NCBI GenBank assembly: GCA_001804285.1
Contig: MHFR01000063.1
Location: 38,901 to 102,900 of the forward strand
Source of the DNA: Candidatus Danuiimicrobium aquiferis
GTDB taxonomy: Bacteria > Omnitrophota > Omnitrophia > Omnitrophales > Danuiimicrobiaceae
Reading direction: 5' to 3'
Length of the DNA stretch: 64,000 bases
The position numbers and the translations under genes are program-made. Shown piece after piece: positions 1 to 10,713 of this stretch. Numbering within the stretch: the stretch's first letter is position 1; every line of letters starts with the position of its first letter. Below the pieces are notes generated by a model, which saw only the letters and a list, made by a program, of their open reading frames with translations, was not told where the DNA came from and ran no database searches.

Positions 1-189
1 GCCTTCAAAGTTGGCGGTTAAGCGGTAGCAAGAGATAACTGCCTCTTTCATAATGGCTGGTACTCCTCCCCCTTAATGGGGGAGGACAAAGGTGGGGGTA
101 AGAATATTAGATGTCCCCCCATCCTTACCTTCCCCCACAAGGGGGGAAGGTGTCACGAAATATTCAATTTGCATAGATTTAAAGGTAAA

Positions 190-1275
190 ATGAAAACAAA
201 ACCGGAAGAAATGGATGCGAATGTGAAAACGGATGACGGCAGGAGTTTGCGAAAAAAATCGGAATTTTTGCGCGCCTGCCGAGGCGAAAAGACATCTTAT
301 ACACCTATTTGGCTGATGCGGCAGGCTGGACGTTATATGAAAGAATACCGCGATATCCGTGACAAAGTTTCATTCTTGGACCTTTGCAAAAATCCAAATT
401 TGTGCGCGGAAGTTGCCGTCACCGCTCAGGAAAAAATCGGAGCGGATGCCGCTATTCTTTTTTCCGACCTGTTGCTGATTTTGGAGCCTTTCGGTTTCGG
501 ATTGGAGTACACGAAAGATCATGGGCCTGTGATTACGGGTCGGATCGAATCAAAAAGAGACGTGGAAAAACTTTCCGGAGGTTTTCATAAAGAATCTCTC
601 CAATTCGTGTTTGACGCGGTGCGCCAAACACGAAAGTCCCTTAAGCCTGCCGTTCCGCTGATTGGTTTTTCAGGCGCGCCTTTCACATTGGCAGCCTACA
701 TACTGGAAGGCGGAACGTCGCGAACATTTCTAAGTACAAAGCAGTTCATGTTTTCAAATCCAGAGACGTGGCATCTTCTAATGGAGAAAGTCAGTTCGGC
801 CGTGATTGATTATCTGAACGGTCAGATTGAAGCGGGCGCCGATGCCGTTCAATTATTTGATTCATGGGTGGGATGTTTGGGGGCTGAAGATTACCGGGAA
901 TATGTTTTACCGTATAGCCGACGCGTGATCGATGGAATTAAAAAGGACGTGCCGCTCATTCATTTTGGGACCGGTACGGGAATGTTTCTGAAATCATTTG
1001 GTGAAGCTGGAGGAGATGTGATTGGTATTGATCATCATATTCGACTCGATCAAGCGTTGGAGGTGATCGGATACACGGTGGGCATTCAAGGGAATCTCGA
1101 CCCGGCCATGCTGTGTTGCCCAATCGATACAATCCGGAAATCCGTTAAACGAATTCTGGAGCAAGTGGGCGAACGGCCCGGTCATATTTTTAATCTGGGG
1201 CACGGTGTTTTGCCCACGACGCCTGTGGAGAATGTGATTCGGTTGGTTGAGATGGTGCATGAGATGAGTGCGTAA
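190..1275 (+). CDS. hemE: uroporphyrinogen decarboxylase
   Basis: The ORF track gives 76..1275, but the likely true start is the ATG at 190 (MKTKPEE), which follows AAAGG. The product carries the HemE N-terminal signature ([28 protein letters not shown]), and ferrochelatase and HemY genes lie downstream. Confidence 0.9.
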   Translation: MKTKPEEMDANVKTDDGRSLRKKSEFLRACRGEKTSYTPIWLMRQAGRYMKEYRDIRDKVSFLDLCKNPNLCAEVAVTAQEKIGADAAILFSDLLLILEPFGFGLEYTKDHGPVITGRIESKRDVEKLSGGFHKESLQFVFDAVRQTRKSLKPAVPLIGFSGAPFTLAAYILEGGTSRTFLSTKQFMFSNPETWHLLMEKVSSAVIDYLNGQIEAGADAVQLFDSWVGCLGAEDYREYVLPYSRRVIDGIKKDVPLIHFGTGTGMFLKSFGEAGGDVIGIDHHIRLDQALEVIGYTVGIQGNLDPAMLCCPIDTIRKSVKRILEQVGERPGHIFNLGHGVLPTTPVENVIRLVEMVHEMSA

Positions 1276-1635
1276 GTGTGCGGAAAGAGATAGGGAGATT
1301 CGGGGAACCTTCGCTTTAGCTGCGTTCGCCGGTTTCATGGCGAGTGGCCTCCGCCAAAAATCGCGGACGGATCCGCCGAAGCTTTGTGGCGGAAAAGAAG
1401 AAACCGGCGTACTCGCTGTCTCGCGTCTACTTTGACATAGCAATTGTTTTTTATATAGGAAGACGTGGGACTGTCATGACTTCCGATTAAATATTGTTTC
1501 GTATATTCAATGGAAAGTCATGGCTGCCGCTCGGACTCAGCTTTGTGCTAAAAGCTTCGTCCGATCGAAGCCGCTGCGGTTTCCCGACTCTCCCTATCCG
1601 GCAATCAGTTTATAGGATGAGAAAAAAAAGGTGTC

Positions 1636-1784
1636 TATTTAGCGTTTTGAAGTGGTGAACACGCCAGTTCGTGTCATGCCCGCATGCTTTAAGCGGGCAT
1701 CCATAGTTGCTGGATTCCCGCTTTCGCGGGAATGACAAAAAAGCGGACGATCTTTTATAGATAATCACTTTAAAGCGCTAAACA
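1636..1784. mobile_element. MITE-like composite palindromic repeat, full copy with terminal inverted repeats
   Basis: Left TIR TATTTAGCGTTTTGAAGTGG and right TIR CACTTTAAAGCGCTAAACAA flank two hairpin units. Unit 1 is GTCATGCCCGC-loop-GCGGGCATCC (1673-1702) and unit 2 is GGATTCCCGC-tttc-GCGGGAATGACA (1712-1737). The same architecture recurs at 24003 and 34819. Confidence 0.6.
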
Positions 1785-1954
1785 AATACAAAAAAAGAGA
1801 CGCATTCCGATTTTTCATTGCCGTCATTACGAGGAGCCGCAGGTGACGAAGCAATCTCAGGACAAAGTTCAGGGATTGCTTCGACACCGATTGGATCAAT
1901 GTCTCGCAATGACGCCGGCGAAAAATCGGAAAGCGGCTTCACTCGGATATTATT

Positions 1955-3529
1955 ATGAAAGAAAAGAAAAAAATAGTGATTGTTGGCGGCGGGATATCGG
2001 GCATGGCGACTGCTTACCGCCTTTCGGAACTGAGCCGCGCACAAGGAATTCCGGTTGAAATCACTGTTGTCGAGGCTGGTTCGCGGCTTGGTGGCGTGAT
2101 TGAAAGCAAGCGGCAGGATGGTTTTTTATTGGAAGGCGGGCCAGATTCTTTTATTTCTGAGAAACCGGCGGCGCAAGAACTTGCCAAACGGCTGGGAATT
2201 GCAAATGAGATTATCGGAACGAACGATAAATTCCGTCGCAGTTTCATTTACAAAAAAGGCAACTTAATTCCTGTTCCGGAAGGCTTCTATCTCATTGCCC
2301 CATCACAAATTAGAGCATTTCTCCAAACGCATCTTCTGGATTGGAGAACCAAATTCCGTATGGGTTGTGAGGTATTTATTCCGAAACGTTCAACGAATGA
2401 GGATGAAAGTGTCGCAAATTTCGTTCGGCGGCGTTTTGGGAAGGCGACTCTTGAGGAAGTGGCGCAACCGATGATCGGGGGAATTTATACCGCGGATCCA
2501 GAATATTTAAGCCTTGAGGCAACCATGCCGCAATTTCTCGAGTTGGAGCGCACATACGGAAGCGTGATCAAGGGATTGCTGCTGAGACGGAACGCGAAGA
2601 GGAAAAATTCAACACAGTCCGCCAGCGGCCCGCGATATAGCTTATTTCTTTCATTCAAGGAAGGAATGAAAGAGCTGGTGGATTCAGTTGTGAAAAATTC
2701 GCCGGACGTACGGTTCAAATTGAATGCGACAGCGGTGTGTGTTACCCGCATGTCTCGTTCAACAAATCCGTTTGGTTTTTTTTCATTCCCGCTAAAAGCG
2801 TGCGGGTATGACAAAAAAACGATACCCCCAACGAGCTTATTGAACAGCTCGCGCAATCAATGCTGGCAAGTTGATTTTGAAAATGGGGCGACTCTTGAAG
2901 CCGATGCAGTGTGTATTGCACTATCTGCATGCCAGGCTGCTCCACTCGTTATTTCCGTCGCGCCTCATCTTGCCAAACAACTCGCAGCGATTCCTTATGA
3001 ATCCGTGGCGACGGTTAACTTGGCATACAAACGGTCGGATATTCCACATAAATTGGACGGTTTTGGATTTGTGGTTCCTGCGATCACGAAGAGAAAGATT
3101 GTGGCGTGCAGTTTTTCGAGTGTTAAATTTGATGGCCGTGCTCCCGGTGGCATGGTTTTGTTGCGGGTATTTGTCGGCGGTGCGTTCCATCGTGAAATAT
3201 ACGCGTTAGATGATAATGAGATGACGCGCACGGTGACGGATGAATTGCGACATTATCTCGGAATTGAAAAATTGCCGCTTTTTACTTCCATATCCCGCTA
3301 TCCGCGCACGATGCCGCAATATCAAGTCGGGCATTTAGACATGATCAGGTCAATCCAGGCGCAGTTATCAGACTTTCCCGGGCTTTATTTGACTGGAAAC
3401 GCATATCGGGGGATCGGCGTTCCGGATTGCATCAAGTGGGCTGAATCGGCGGCGGAAGCGATGTATACTTTTTTAAAAGAAAAACGGAAGTCTGCGGATT
3501 TGAATTCAGTCAAAGGATCGTCGAAATGA
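1955..3529 (+). CDS. hemY: protoporphyrinogen/coproporphyrinogen III oxidase, HemY/CgoX family, FAD-dependent
   Basis: The N-terminus has the FAD dinucleotide-binding fold IVIVGGGISGMATAYRL. It is 524 aa and sits between hemE and the ferrochelatase gene. Confidence 0.8.
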   Translation: MKEKKKIVIVGGGISGMATAYRLSELSRAQGIPVEITVVEAGSRLGGVIESKRQDGFLLEGGPDSFISEKPAAQELAKRLGIANEIIGTNDKFRRSFIYKKGNLIPVPEGFYLIAPSQIRAFLQTHLLDWRTKFRMGCEVFIPKRSTNEDESVANFVRRRFGKATLEEVAQPMIGGIYTADPEYLSLEATMPQFLELERTYGSVIKGLLLRRNAKRKNSTQSASGPRYSLFLSFKEGMKELVDSVVKNSPDVRFKLNATAVCVTRMSRSTNPFGFFSFPLKACGYDKKTIPPTSLLNSSRNQCWQVDFENGATLEADAVCIALSACQAAPLVISVAPHLAKQLAAIPYESVATVNLAYKRSDIPHKLDGFGFVVPAITKRKIVACSFSSVKFDGRAPGGMVLLRVFVGGAFHREIYALDDNEMTRTVTDELRHYLGIEKLPLFTSISRYPRTMPQYQVGHLDMIRSIQAQLSDFPGLYLTGNAYRGIGVPDCIKWAESAAEAMYTFLKEKRKSADLNSVKGSSK

Positions 3530-3623
3530 TAAGCGTTTAGATTGTCATTGCGGGGAGTTCTGCCAAAGGATGGATGACGAAGCAATCCATGATGCCCGCA
3601 ATGACAACACCATGGGGTGCTCA

Positions 3624-4568
3624 ATGAATATTGATCATATTTTACTCATAGGTTACGGTGGGCCGCGGTGTCCTGATGAGGTAATGCCGTATATTAAATT
3701 GATGACAGAGAGTAAAGACGTTTCCCATAAAGCACTGGAATCAATTGCAAGCCGTTATCAGGAAATCGGAGGCGCGTCGCCTTATCATGATCAAGTTCTG
3801 TCGTTTTCAAGACGGTTAGAGAAAACACTTCAAGATTCGGACGTTCATTTGGCGGTTTTTACAGGGATGAAAAACTGGCATCCCTTTTTAGATGAAACGT
3901 TGCGAAATATTCATCAAAAGCGGCTCCGGAATGGAATAGCCATTTGTTTAACAGCATTTCCCGGTGCGGCAGCAGGTGCCAAGTATAGAGAAGCGTTGGA
4001 CTCTGCAAAAACGGCTTTGAAATTGCCGGACATCAATTATGAGTTTATCGCCGGCTGGTACGACCAGAGATATTTTATTGAAGCGCAAACAGAACTAATC
4101 TCAGAGAAGCTCCGGGAAATAGATTCAGAAAAAAGACAAACCACACCGATTATCTTTTCATTTCATTCTTTGCCGTTGAAATCGGGTCGGACGGCATCGG
4201 GTTCCAACTATGCCGAAGAAGCACGGGTATCGAGCGAATTGATTGCGAAACGGTTAGGACATGTGAAATGGTCGATTTCCTATCAATCGCGGCCCGCAAA
4301 AGCAAAAGGAGAATGGATGGGGCCCGATATTACGGAAACCCTTAAGGCGTTGGCTCGGGAAGGCGAGAAGCAGGTTGTGATAGTCCCGTTAGGTTATTTC
4401 TGTGAGCATGTTGAAATTCTTTTTGATCTCGACTGTCATGTCCGAACCATTGCTGAGCAATTGGGCATGCGATACCTGCGCGCCGAACCAATTCTGAATC
4501 ATCCGAAAACGATTCCCTTGTTTAAAGGGTTGATTGAAGCGCAATTGGGAAGACACTCAAATGAATGA
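3624..4568 (+). CDS. hemH: ferrochelatase (or coproporphyrin ferrochelatase)
   Basis: Ferrochelatase motifs are present: ILLIGYGGP at the N-terminus, FSFHSLP, and CEHVEILFDLD. The ORF track start 3570 is probably an N-terminal extension; M19 at 3624 was chosen instead. Confidence 0.8.
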   Translation: MNIDHILLIGYGGPRCPDEVMPYIKLMTESKDVSHKALESIASRYQEIGGASPYHDQVLSFSRRLEKTLQDSDVHLAVFTGMKNWHPFLDETLRNIHQKRLRNGIAICLTAFPGAAAGAKYREALDSAKTALKLPDINYEFIAGWYDQRYFIEAQTELISEKLREIDSEKRQTTPIIFSFHSLPLKSGRTASGSNYAEEARVSSELIAKRLGHVKWSISYQSRPAKAKGEWMGPDITETLKALAREGEKQVVIVPLGYFCEHVEILFDLDCHVRTIAEQLGMRYLRAEPILNHPKTIPLFKGLIEAQLGRHSNE

Positions 4569-4690
4569 TGTTCAACCGTTAAGTCGAGGAGTATCGCAGA
4601 TATCAAGAGGAATATACGAAAGCGAATCGGAGCATTCGTTCATTTGATTCAATTGTTTCTTCCGAATGCGAAATCAGCGGTTTCTAAACC

Positions 4691-5389
4691 TCAAATTAAG
4701 CAAGAAACCGATTTCTTATAATCTGCAATAACAGCATTCGGCAGGCCGAAGGCTTGGACATTCCCGCGATTCAGCCATAGCACCCGGTCTGAAATTCGCG
4801 TGATATCTTCCATGCTATGAGAGGCAAACAAAACCGTTTTTCCGTGTTTCTTGAATTCTTCGATTTTTTTCAAGGATTCCCGCTGGAATGCAAGGTCTTC
4901 GGTGGCGAGAACCTCGTCGATTAAAATAATATCGCAGGGAATATGGGCGGCAATCGAAAAGGACAGGCGGGACCACATTCCGCGCGAATAATTTCTGGCC
5001 GGCATCTCGAGGAAATTCCCAAGGCCGGAAAATCGGATAATTTCGGGTGTTAATAACTTTTTATCTCGATTGCGGATATCAAAAAATGAAAGCAATAAAC
5101 TGATATTTTCTTTCGCATTGAGAAAAGGATCGAGGCACCCTTTCATCGAGATGAGCGGTACAACCCGGCCTTCCACACTAACAGTTCCTCTTGTCGCATA
5201 AGTAATTTCGGCAATTAATTTCAGCAGCGTCGTTTTTCCCGAACCATTTTGTCCGATGATGCCTACGGTTTCACCTTTTGGGATGGTCAGAGAAACATTG
5301 TTGAGTGCCCAGAATAAGTCCTTTCGTGAAAAAAAGTATTCTTTTTTATGATATTCCTTAAAGACATCAATAAATTGAATGGCGTTCAT
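4691..5389 (-). CDS. ABC transporter ATP-binding protein (Wzt/TagH-like polysaccharide exporter type)
   Basis: Walker A (GQNGSGKTT), ABC signature (YSRGMWSRL) and Walker B (ILIDEVLA) are present. It is directly adjacent to an ABC-2 permease gene. Confidence 0.85.
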   Translation of the reverse strand: MNAIQFIDVFKEYHKKEYFFSRKDLFWALNNVSLTIPKGETVGIIGQNGSGKTTLLKLIAEITYATRGTVSVEGRVVPLISMKGCLDPFLNAKENISLLLSFFDIRNRDKKLLTPEIIRFSGLGNFLEMPARNYSRGMWSRLSFSIAAHIPCDIILIDEVLATEDLAFQRESLKKIEEFKKHGKTVLFASHSMEDITRISDRVLWLNRGNVQAFGLPNAVIADYKKSVSCLI

Positions 5390-6178
5390 TTAGATTACGT
5401 CCGCTAAATGGGGTTCACATTTTTTAAATAACAGGTAACCAAGAATAAAGATTGAAATTGAAATCACACAGGATAGCGAAAGATAAAAAAGATCAGGTGT
5501 CTGGTTATGCAATAAAATTTTCCGGTAGCTGTCAAGAATGCCCGCCATGGGGTTTAGAAGATAAAAAATAATATTTTTCCGACTGATCCATTGAACGGGA
5601 TAAGCTACGGGCGAAGCTATCAGCCATAAGTACATCAGAAATTCTGTCGCGTTTTGTATGTCGCGGATAAAAGAATTTCCGATTGATAAAATCAACGCCA
5701 TTCCGAGGGTGAGTGTCAGTTGAATGAAAAAGACGGGGATCAGGTAAAACCAATGGGTTCCCCACGAAATCGGATGCCGATAAATCAGGAAAAGAAAAAC
5801 GAGCAAAATCATGGAAATGGAAAAGTCGAGAAAGTTGCCTAAAATAGTGGAGACGGGAAGTGTGATTTTGGGAAATTTAAGTCGCCTAATAAAATGCGCA
5901 TTTGCAATGAAAACGTTCGTGCATGAATTAATTGACATAGCAAAAAAATTCCAGAAAGCAAGTGCCGTGAAGATAAATAACGGATAAGGCACTTTTTCAG
6001 ATGGGATCTTCGCGACCTTAGAGAAAACGATGGTGAAAATAATCAAGCTGATGACGGGCTGAATGATGACCCATGCGGCTTTTAAGTATTTTTGTTTATA
6101 GCGTTTTTTAATGCTTTTGGCGGTTAAATTGAAAATTAAATCTGAGTAATAGATTAGCCGATTCATCAAGTTTTTCAT
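5390..6178 (-). CDS. ABC-2 type transporter permease (Wzm/TagG-like)
   Basis: A 262-aa protein with six predicted TM helices. Its stop abuts the start of the ATPase gene at 5389/5390. Confidence 0.8.
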   Translation of the reverse strand: MKNLMNRLIYYSDLIFNLTAKSIKKRYKQKYLKAAWVIIQPVISLIIFTIVFSKVAKIPSEKVPYPLFIFTALAFWNFFAMSINSCTNVFIANAHFIRRLKFPKITLPVSTILGNFLDFSISMILLVFLFLIYRHPISWGTHWFYLIPVFFIQLTLTLGMALILSIGNSFIRDIQNATEFLMYLWLIASPVAYPVQWISRKNIIFYLLNPMAGILDSYRKILLHNQTPDLFYLSLSCVISISIFILGYLLFKKCEPHLADVI

Positions 6179-6800
6179 ATTACGTTTCCAAACGTGTGCA
6201 TTTTTCTTCGCTGAGACATGGATTTTGGACGGTTAGTTTTGTCTTTAATCGCAAAGTCCGATTAAGGGCATCATTTTAAAGAACGGTTTTCTTGGTGTAA
6301 AGGATAAATTCCAGAGCGGATGATTTGGGCTTCCGGATGAGACGAAAAGAAATCTTGAATGGTTTGAACGTAGCTTGCCTGATCAAAAAGTCTAAGCATT
6401 GGCGAAGCATAGATGCTCGCTTATATGTTAATACCACAACACACAGTACGCCCCGAATTATTTTTCCCACAATAATAAGCCGGATCCAGACCATAATATC
6501 ATTCTTGATATTATTCGTAAGGGGAATTCGCGTATTCTTATTTTTAAAAGATCGCCGAAATATGATATGTCTGGAGCGCTATTGAATCGGGTCAATCTGA
6601 CGGTGGCACTCGTCAAGGCGAGCCAGCCAAAATGAATTTTTTAATTTTTATCTCAAACCGTTTGATTTTCCGGATTTTTTAATTTTGTCACGGCCTTTTT
6701 CCCCTTTACGGTTTTTTATACTTACCTTGAATTGATAATCTGACTCTGTTATGATTATCCGTTCTTTGTATCAACTTGAAGTGATCGTTTAAAGGATAAA

Positions 6801-8084
6801 GTGAACATGACGAAACGGTATCAATCAGTTTTGAAAAACGGATTAAGAGTGATTACGACCCAGCTATCAGGGAGGGAAACTGTCGGATTGGTGATCTGGG
6901 TTCGTGTGGGGGCGCGGTTCGAATCGAAACGGCTTTCCGGTATTTCGCATTTTGCCGAACACATGGTGTTTAAAGGGACTAAGAACCGTTCGACAAAAAA
7001 AATTAAAGAAGATATCGAAGGTGTCGGCGGAATGTTGAATGCGTTTACGAGTGAAGAATGTACGTGTTTCTTTGTGAAAATTCCAAAACGTCATTTTAGC
7101 CGTGCTTTTGATGTGTTGCAGGATATGGTGAATCATTCCGTTTCGAAACCGGAGGATTTTGAAAAAGAACGTGCGGTTATTCTCGAAGAAATTAAGATGT
7201 ATATGGATGTTCCGTCGCAGTACGTTCAAGAAATGATTACGGAGCTATTGTGGCCGAAGCAGCCGCTTGGACGGCCGATTTCCGGAACGTTGGAAACGGT
7301 GGCGGCTTTCAAACGCATGGATTTAATTGATCACATCAAGTCTTATTATCATCCGCAAAATATTTTAATTACCGCATGTGGCGAGATTGATCCTTCCGAG
7401 GTCGAAAAAATGGCAGAACAGTGTTTTCCGGAAGTTTGCGAAGACGTTCCGTCTAAACATGGTTTGGTCAAGACATTTCCAAAGCCCGGGCGCTATTATT
7501 TTCTTGATAAAAAGAGCGAACAAATTAACTTTGTGCTTGGATTCGAGGGGCTCTCGCGGGTGGACCCGAAACGGTACCAATTGATTTTGTTGAATATTAT
7601 CTTGGGTGCGAATATGAGCAGCCGGCTCTTTGAGGAGATCCGTGAACGGCGCGGGCTTGCTTACGATATTAAATCGGGCGCAAGTTTTCTGAATGACACG
7701 GGTGCATTATTGATTTCTGCCGGTGTTGAACCCGAAAAAACTCCGGTTTCGATTCGTGTGATTATGAAAGAGTTAGGAAAGTTAAAACATAAAAAAGTTC
7801 CCGTGGAAGAACTGGATCGCGCGAAGGAATATTTTCTCGGTCAGCTAACGATCGGCCTTGAAGATACGCTCGATCAGGCGCTTTGGGCGGGCGACCGGGT
7901 TTTATATGGAGGCAGTATTCCCACGCTTGAGGAAATCAAGGATGCTGTGAAGCGGGCGACGGGCGAAGATATTCAGAGGTTAGCCGGAAAAATTTTTCAA
8001 ACATCAAAAGTACGTCTTGCACTGATTGGCCCGCTCAATAAAAAGTTTGAAGAAAAAATCAAGAAAGAATGTGTATGCCCATAA
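6801..8084 (+). CDS. M16 family zinc peptidase (pitrilysin/PqqL-like)
   Basis: The inverted zincin motif HFAEHMVFKGT (HxxEH) is present near the N-terminus of a 427-aa protein. Confidence 0.85.
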   Translation: MNMTKRYQSVLKNGLRVITTQLSGRETVGLVIWVRVGARFESKRLSGISHFAEHMVFKGTKNRSTKKIKEDIEGVGGMLNAFTSEECTCFFVKIPKRHFSRAFDVLQDMVNHSVSKPEDFEKERAVILEEIKMYMDVPSQYVQEMITELLWPKQPLGRPISGTLETVAAFKRMDLIDHIKSYYHPQNILITACGEIDPSEVEKMAEQCFPEVCEDVPSKHGLVKTFPKPGRYYFLDKKSEQINFVLGFEGLSRVDPKRYQLILLNIILGANMSSRLFEEIRERRGLAYDIKSGASFLNDTGALLISAGVEPEKTPVSIRVIMKELGKLKHKKVPVEELDRAKEYFLGQLTIGLEDTLDQALWAGDRVLYGGSIPTLEEIKDAVKRATGEDIQRLAGKIFQTSKVRLALIGPLNKKFEEKIKKECVCP

Positions 8085-8154
8085 GTCAAATGAGCGCTCA
8101 ACTTACGTTCCCCTTGCTGGGCGAGACAGGGACGTAAGTTGAACGCGCGAATTT

Positions 8155-8222
8155 GATCCCCGCAAGTTTTAAGCGGGGATCTATGAACAATGGATTCCCG
8201 CCAAAAGCATGCGGGAATGACA
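8155..8222. repeat. double-hairpin palindromic repeat (same family as 1636)
   Basis: The sequence is GATCCCCGC-aagttttaa-GCGGGGATC followed by GGATTCCCGCC-aaaagcat-GCGGGAATGACA. The last 44 nt are nearly identical to 61993-62036. Confidence 0.7.
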
Positions 8223-8265
8223 GAAAGTGTAAAGCCTGTAGGTAAGACAAAATGCGAAGGTAACC

Positions 8266-8922
8266 ATGACAAACAATTCAAATAAAAAGTTGATTGCACC
8301 GAGTATTTTATCAGCGGATTTTGGCCGGTTGGCTGAAGAGATCAAAGATGTCGAACGAGCCGGTGCCGATTGGATTCACGTGGATGTGATGGACGGGCAT
8401 TTTGTTCCGAATTTGACGATAGGCCCGTGCGTGGTTGATTCAATCCGGAAAGTGACGAAGCTTCCGCTCGATGTTCATTTAATGATTGAAGAGCCGGCGA
8501 AATATATTCGCGAATTCCGGAAAGCCGGAAGCGACTGGATTACCATTCACGTTGAAGCATGCCGCGATGTCAGAGAAACAATTAGATTGATTAAGGATTC
8601 GGGTGCGAAAGCCGGAATTTCCGTCCGTCCGAAAACTCCGGTTTCAGCGATTGAACCGTATCTGGATTTGATTGATCTGGTGCTTGTGATGACGGTTGAA
8701 CCCGGTTTTGGCGGGCAGGAATTCATGGAGGAAATGCTTCAAAAAGTGGAAATCATTCGCAAGCGTTTTCCAAATCATATTTCCGTGGATGGCGGAATCA
8801 ATGTCGAAACTGTGCGCCGGGCAGCGCAGGCGGGTGTCAATGTCTTTGTCGCCGGTTCGGCTATTTTTAAGGAAAAGGATCGCAAGGCTATCATGGCGCG
8901 GCTGCGTGAAGCTATTTCGTAA
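8266..8922 (+). CDS. rpe: ribulose-phosphate 3-epimerase
   Basis: Rpe motifs are present: IAPSILSADF, HVDVMDGHFVPN and the VMTVEPGFGGQ signature. Confidence 0.9.
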   Translation: MTNNSNKKLIAPSILSADFGRLAEEIKDVERAGADWIHVDVMDGHFVPNLTIGPCVVDSIRKVTKLPLDVHLMIEEPAKYIREFRKAGSDWITIHVEACRDVRETIRLIKDSGAKAGISVRPKTPVSAIEPYLDLIDLVLVMTVEPGFGGQEFMEEMLQKVEIIRKRFPNHISVDGGINVETVRRAAQAGVNVFVAGSAIFKEKDRKAIMARLREAIS

Positions 8923-8931
8923 ACTCACATT

Positions 8932-10713
8932 ATGAACCCATCGCAAATTCGAAATTTTTCAATCATTGCGCATATCGATCATGGGAAATCGACGCTCGCA
9001 GACCGTTTTCTTCTCGAGACAAACGCAATTGATTTGCGCGAATTCCACGAGCAGTTTCTGGACGACATGGATTTGGAACGTGAGCGCGGAATTACCATTA
9101 AGGCGCGCGCTGTCAGAATCTTTTATCGGGATCATTACATCAATTTAATTGATACGCCCGGCCACGTTGATTTTACGTATGAGGTGTCCAAGAGTTTAGC
9201 AGCGTGTGAAGGGGTTTTGCTTCTGGTCGATGCGGCACAAGGCGTAGAAGCTCAGACGGTGACGAATTATTACCTGGCTCGTGAGCGAAATCTAGTGATC
9301 ATTCCCGTGCTGACGAAGACAGATTTGCCCAATTCCGATGTTCCCCGGTGTAAACGCGAACTTGCCAATATGCTCACAATTGATGAATCCGAGATTCTGA
9401 CATGCAGTGCGAAAAAAGGCGAAGGAATTACAAATGCGCTGGATGCGATTATCGATCGGATTCCGCCGCCCGAAGGAAGCGCTGACAAGCCGCTCCGAGC
9501 GCTTATTTTTGATTCAAAGTATGATTCTTATAAAGGCGTCATTACTTATTTCCGTGTCATGGAAGGAACCTTGAAAGTTCACGATCAAATTTATTTGATG
9601 CAGACGAAAATAACGTATTCGGCGGACGAAATAGGTGTTTTCACGCCGAAGGAAAAACCGGTTTCTGAATTAAGTGCCGGCGAAGTCGGGTACATGGTTG
9701 CGAATATCAAAGATGTTTCTCATGTCCGAATCGGTGATACGATTACCCTTGCCGCTGTGCCGGCTGAGAAGCCGCTTCCGGGATATGAAGAGGTGAAACC
9801 AATGGTATTTTGCGGGCTTTATCCCGTTGATCCTCACGCCTATGACAGTTTGCGTGACGCGCTTGCGAAATTGAAATTAAATGACGCGTCCTTTGTTTAC
9901 GAACCCGAAACGTCTGCGTCTCTTGGGTTTGGTTTTCGCACCGGGTTTCTTGGCCTTTTGCATATGGAAATTATCCGGGAGCGGCTTGAACGGGAATTCG
10001 ATTTAAATTTGTTGATTACGGCGCCGAACGTGGTTTACCGGATTGTAAAGACGAACGGGACGGAAATGTTTATTGAAAATCCGACAAAAGTACCGAACCC
10101 GAGCCAAATTCAATCGTTTGAAGAGCCGTACATCGATGCCCGTGTGCTGATTCCTGCGGCTTCGCTTGGCGTGGTCATGGCGCTCTGTCAGGATCGGCGC
10201 GGAATTTATGTCCATACGGAATATTTGGATTCAACGCGTGCGATGCTGACGTATCAAATTCCGTTTGCGGAAATTGTGATGGATTTTTATGATAAAATCA
10301 AATCGCTCACGAGCGGATACGGTTCCTTGAATTATGAATTTATCGGATACCAATCGTCGGATTTGGTTAAAATGGATGTGTTAATCAACGGGACGCCGGT
10401 GGATGCGCTTTCTGTTATTACGGTCAGGGAAAAGGCCTATGTGCGAGGGAAAGCGTTGGTTGAGAAGTTAAAGGAAGTCATTCCGCGGCAACTTTTTGAA
10501 GTGGTCATTCAAGCGGCGATCGGAGCAAAAATTATTTCGCGCGATTCGATCCGGCCGCTCGGAAAAAATGTAACGGCCAAGTGCTACGGCGGTGATATTA
10601 CGCGAAAACGAAAGTTGTGGGAAAAACAAAAAGAAGGTAAGAAAAAAATGAAAAAAATCGGGAAGGTAGAGCTTCCTCAAGAAGCATTTATCTCCATACT
10701 AAAGGTGGAATAA
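8932..10713 (+). CDS. lepA: elongation factor 4 (LepA)
   Basis: The N-terminus is IRNFSIIAHIDHGKSTLADR. The 593-aa size is typical of LepA, and it sits upstream of lepB. Confidence 0.95.
   Translation: MNPSQIRNFSIIAHIDHGKSTLADRFLLETNAIDLREFHEQFLDDMDLERERGITIKARAVRIFYRDHYINLIDTPGHVDFTYEVSKSLAACEGVLLLVDAAQGVEAQTVTNYYLARERNLVIIPVLTKTDLPNSDVPRCKRELANMLTIDESEILTCSAKKGEGITNALDAIIDRIPPPEGSADKPLRALIFDSKYDSYKGVITYFRVMEGTLKVHDQIYLMQTKITYSADEIGVFTPKEKPVSELSAGEVGYMVANIKDVSHVRIGDTITLAAVPAEKPLPGYEEVKPMVFCGLYPVDPHAYDSLRDALAKLKLNDASFVYEPETSASLGFGFRTGFLGLLHMEIIRERLEREFDLNLLITAPNVVYRIVKTNGTEMFIENPTKVPNPSQIQSFEEPYIDARVLIPAASLGVVMALCQDRRGIYVHTEYLDSTRAMLTYQIPFAEIVMDFYDKIKSLTSGYGSLNYEFIGYQSSDLVKMDVLINGTPVDALSVITVREKAYVRGKALVEKLKEVIPRQLFEVVIQAAIGAKIISRDSIRPLGKNVTAKCYGGDITRKRKLWEKQKEGKKKMKKIGKVELPQEAFISILKVE

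Noticed and set aside
76-189. N-terminal extensions of ORFs in the ORF track (hemE 76-189, ferrochelatase 3570-3623, lipoprotein 24989-25201, epimerase 39794-39844, methyltransferase 62002-62049, otsB 28599-28613)
   Set aside because: The extensions run through hairpin repeats or terminators, or overlap upstream genes. Internal ATGs with better RBS and homology-consistent N-termini were chosen instead.
384-1443. Short opposite-strand or alternative-frame ORFs inside well-supported genes (e.g. 384..590+, 994..1443-, 6867..7229-, 27484..27957-, 29789..30328-, 60355..60758-)
   Set aside because: They are embedded in genes with strong homology signals on the other frame or strand, and have no RBS or recognisable domains.
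6276-6494. Minus-strand 72-aa ORF with ..VVVLTYKRASMLRQCLDFLIRQ.. resembling a GT2 N-terminus (possible glycosyltransferase remnant)
   Set aside because: It lacks the near-invariant Pro of the PTYN motif and shows no downstream DxD region in any frame. It is too weak to call a pseudogene without a similarity search.
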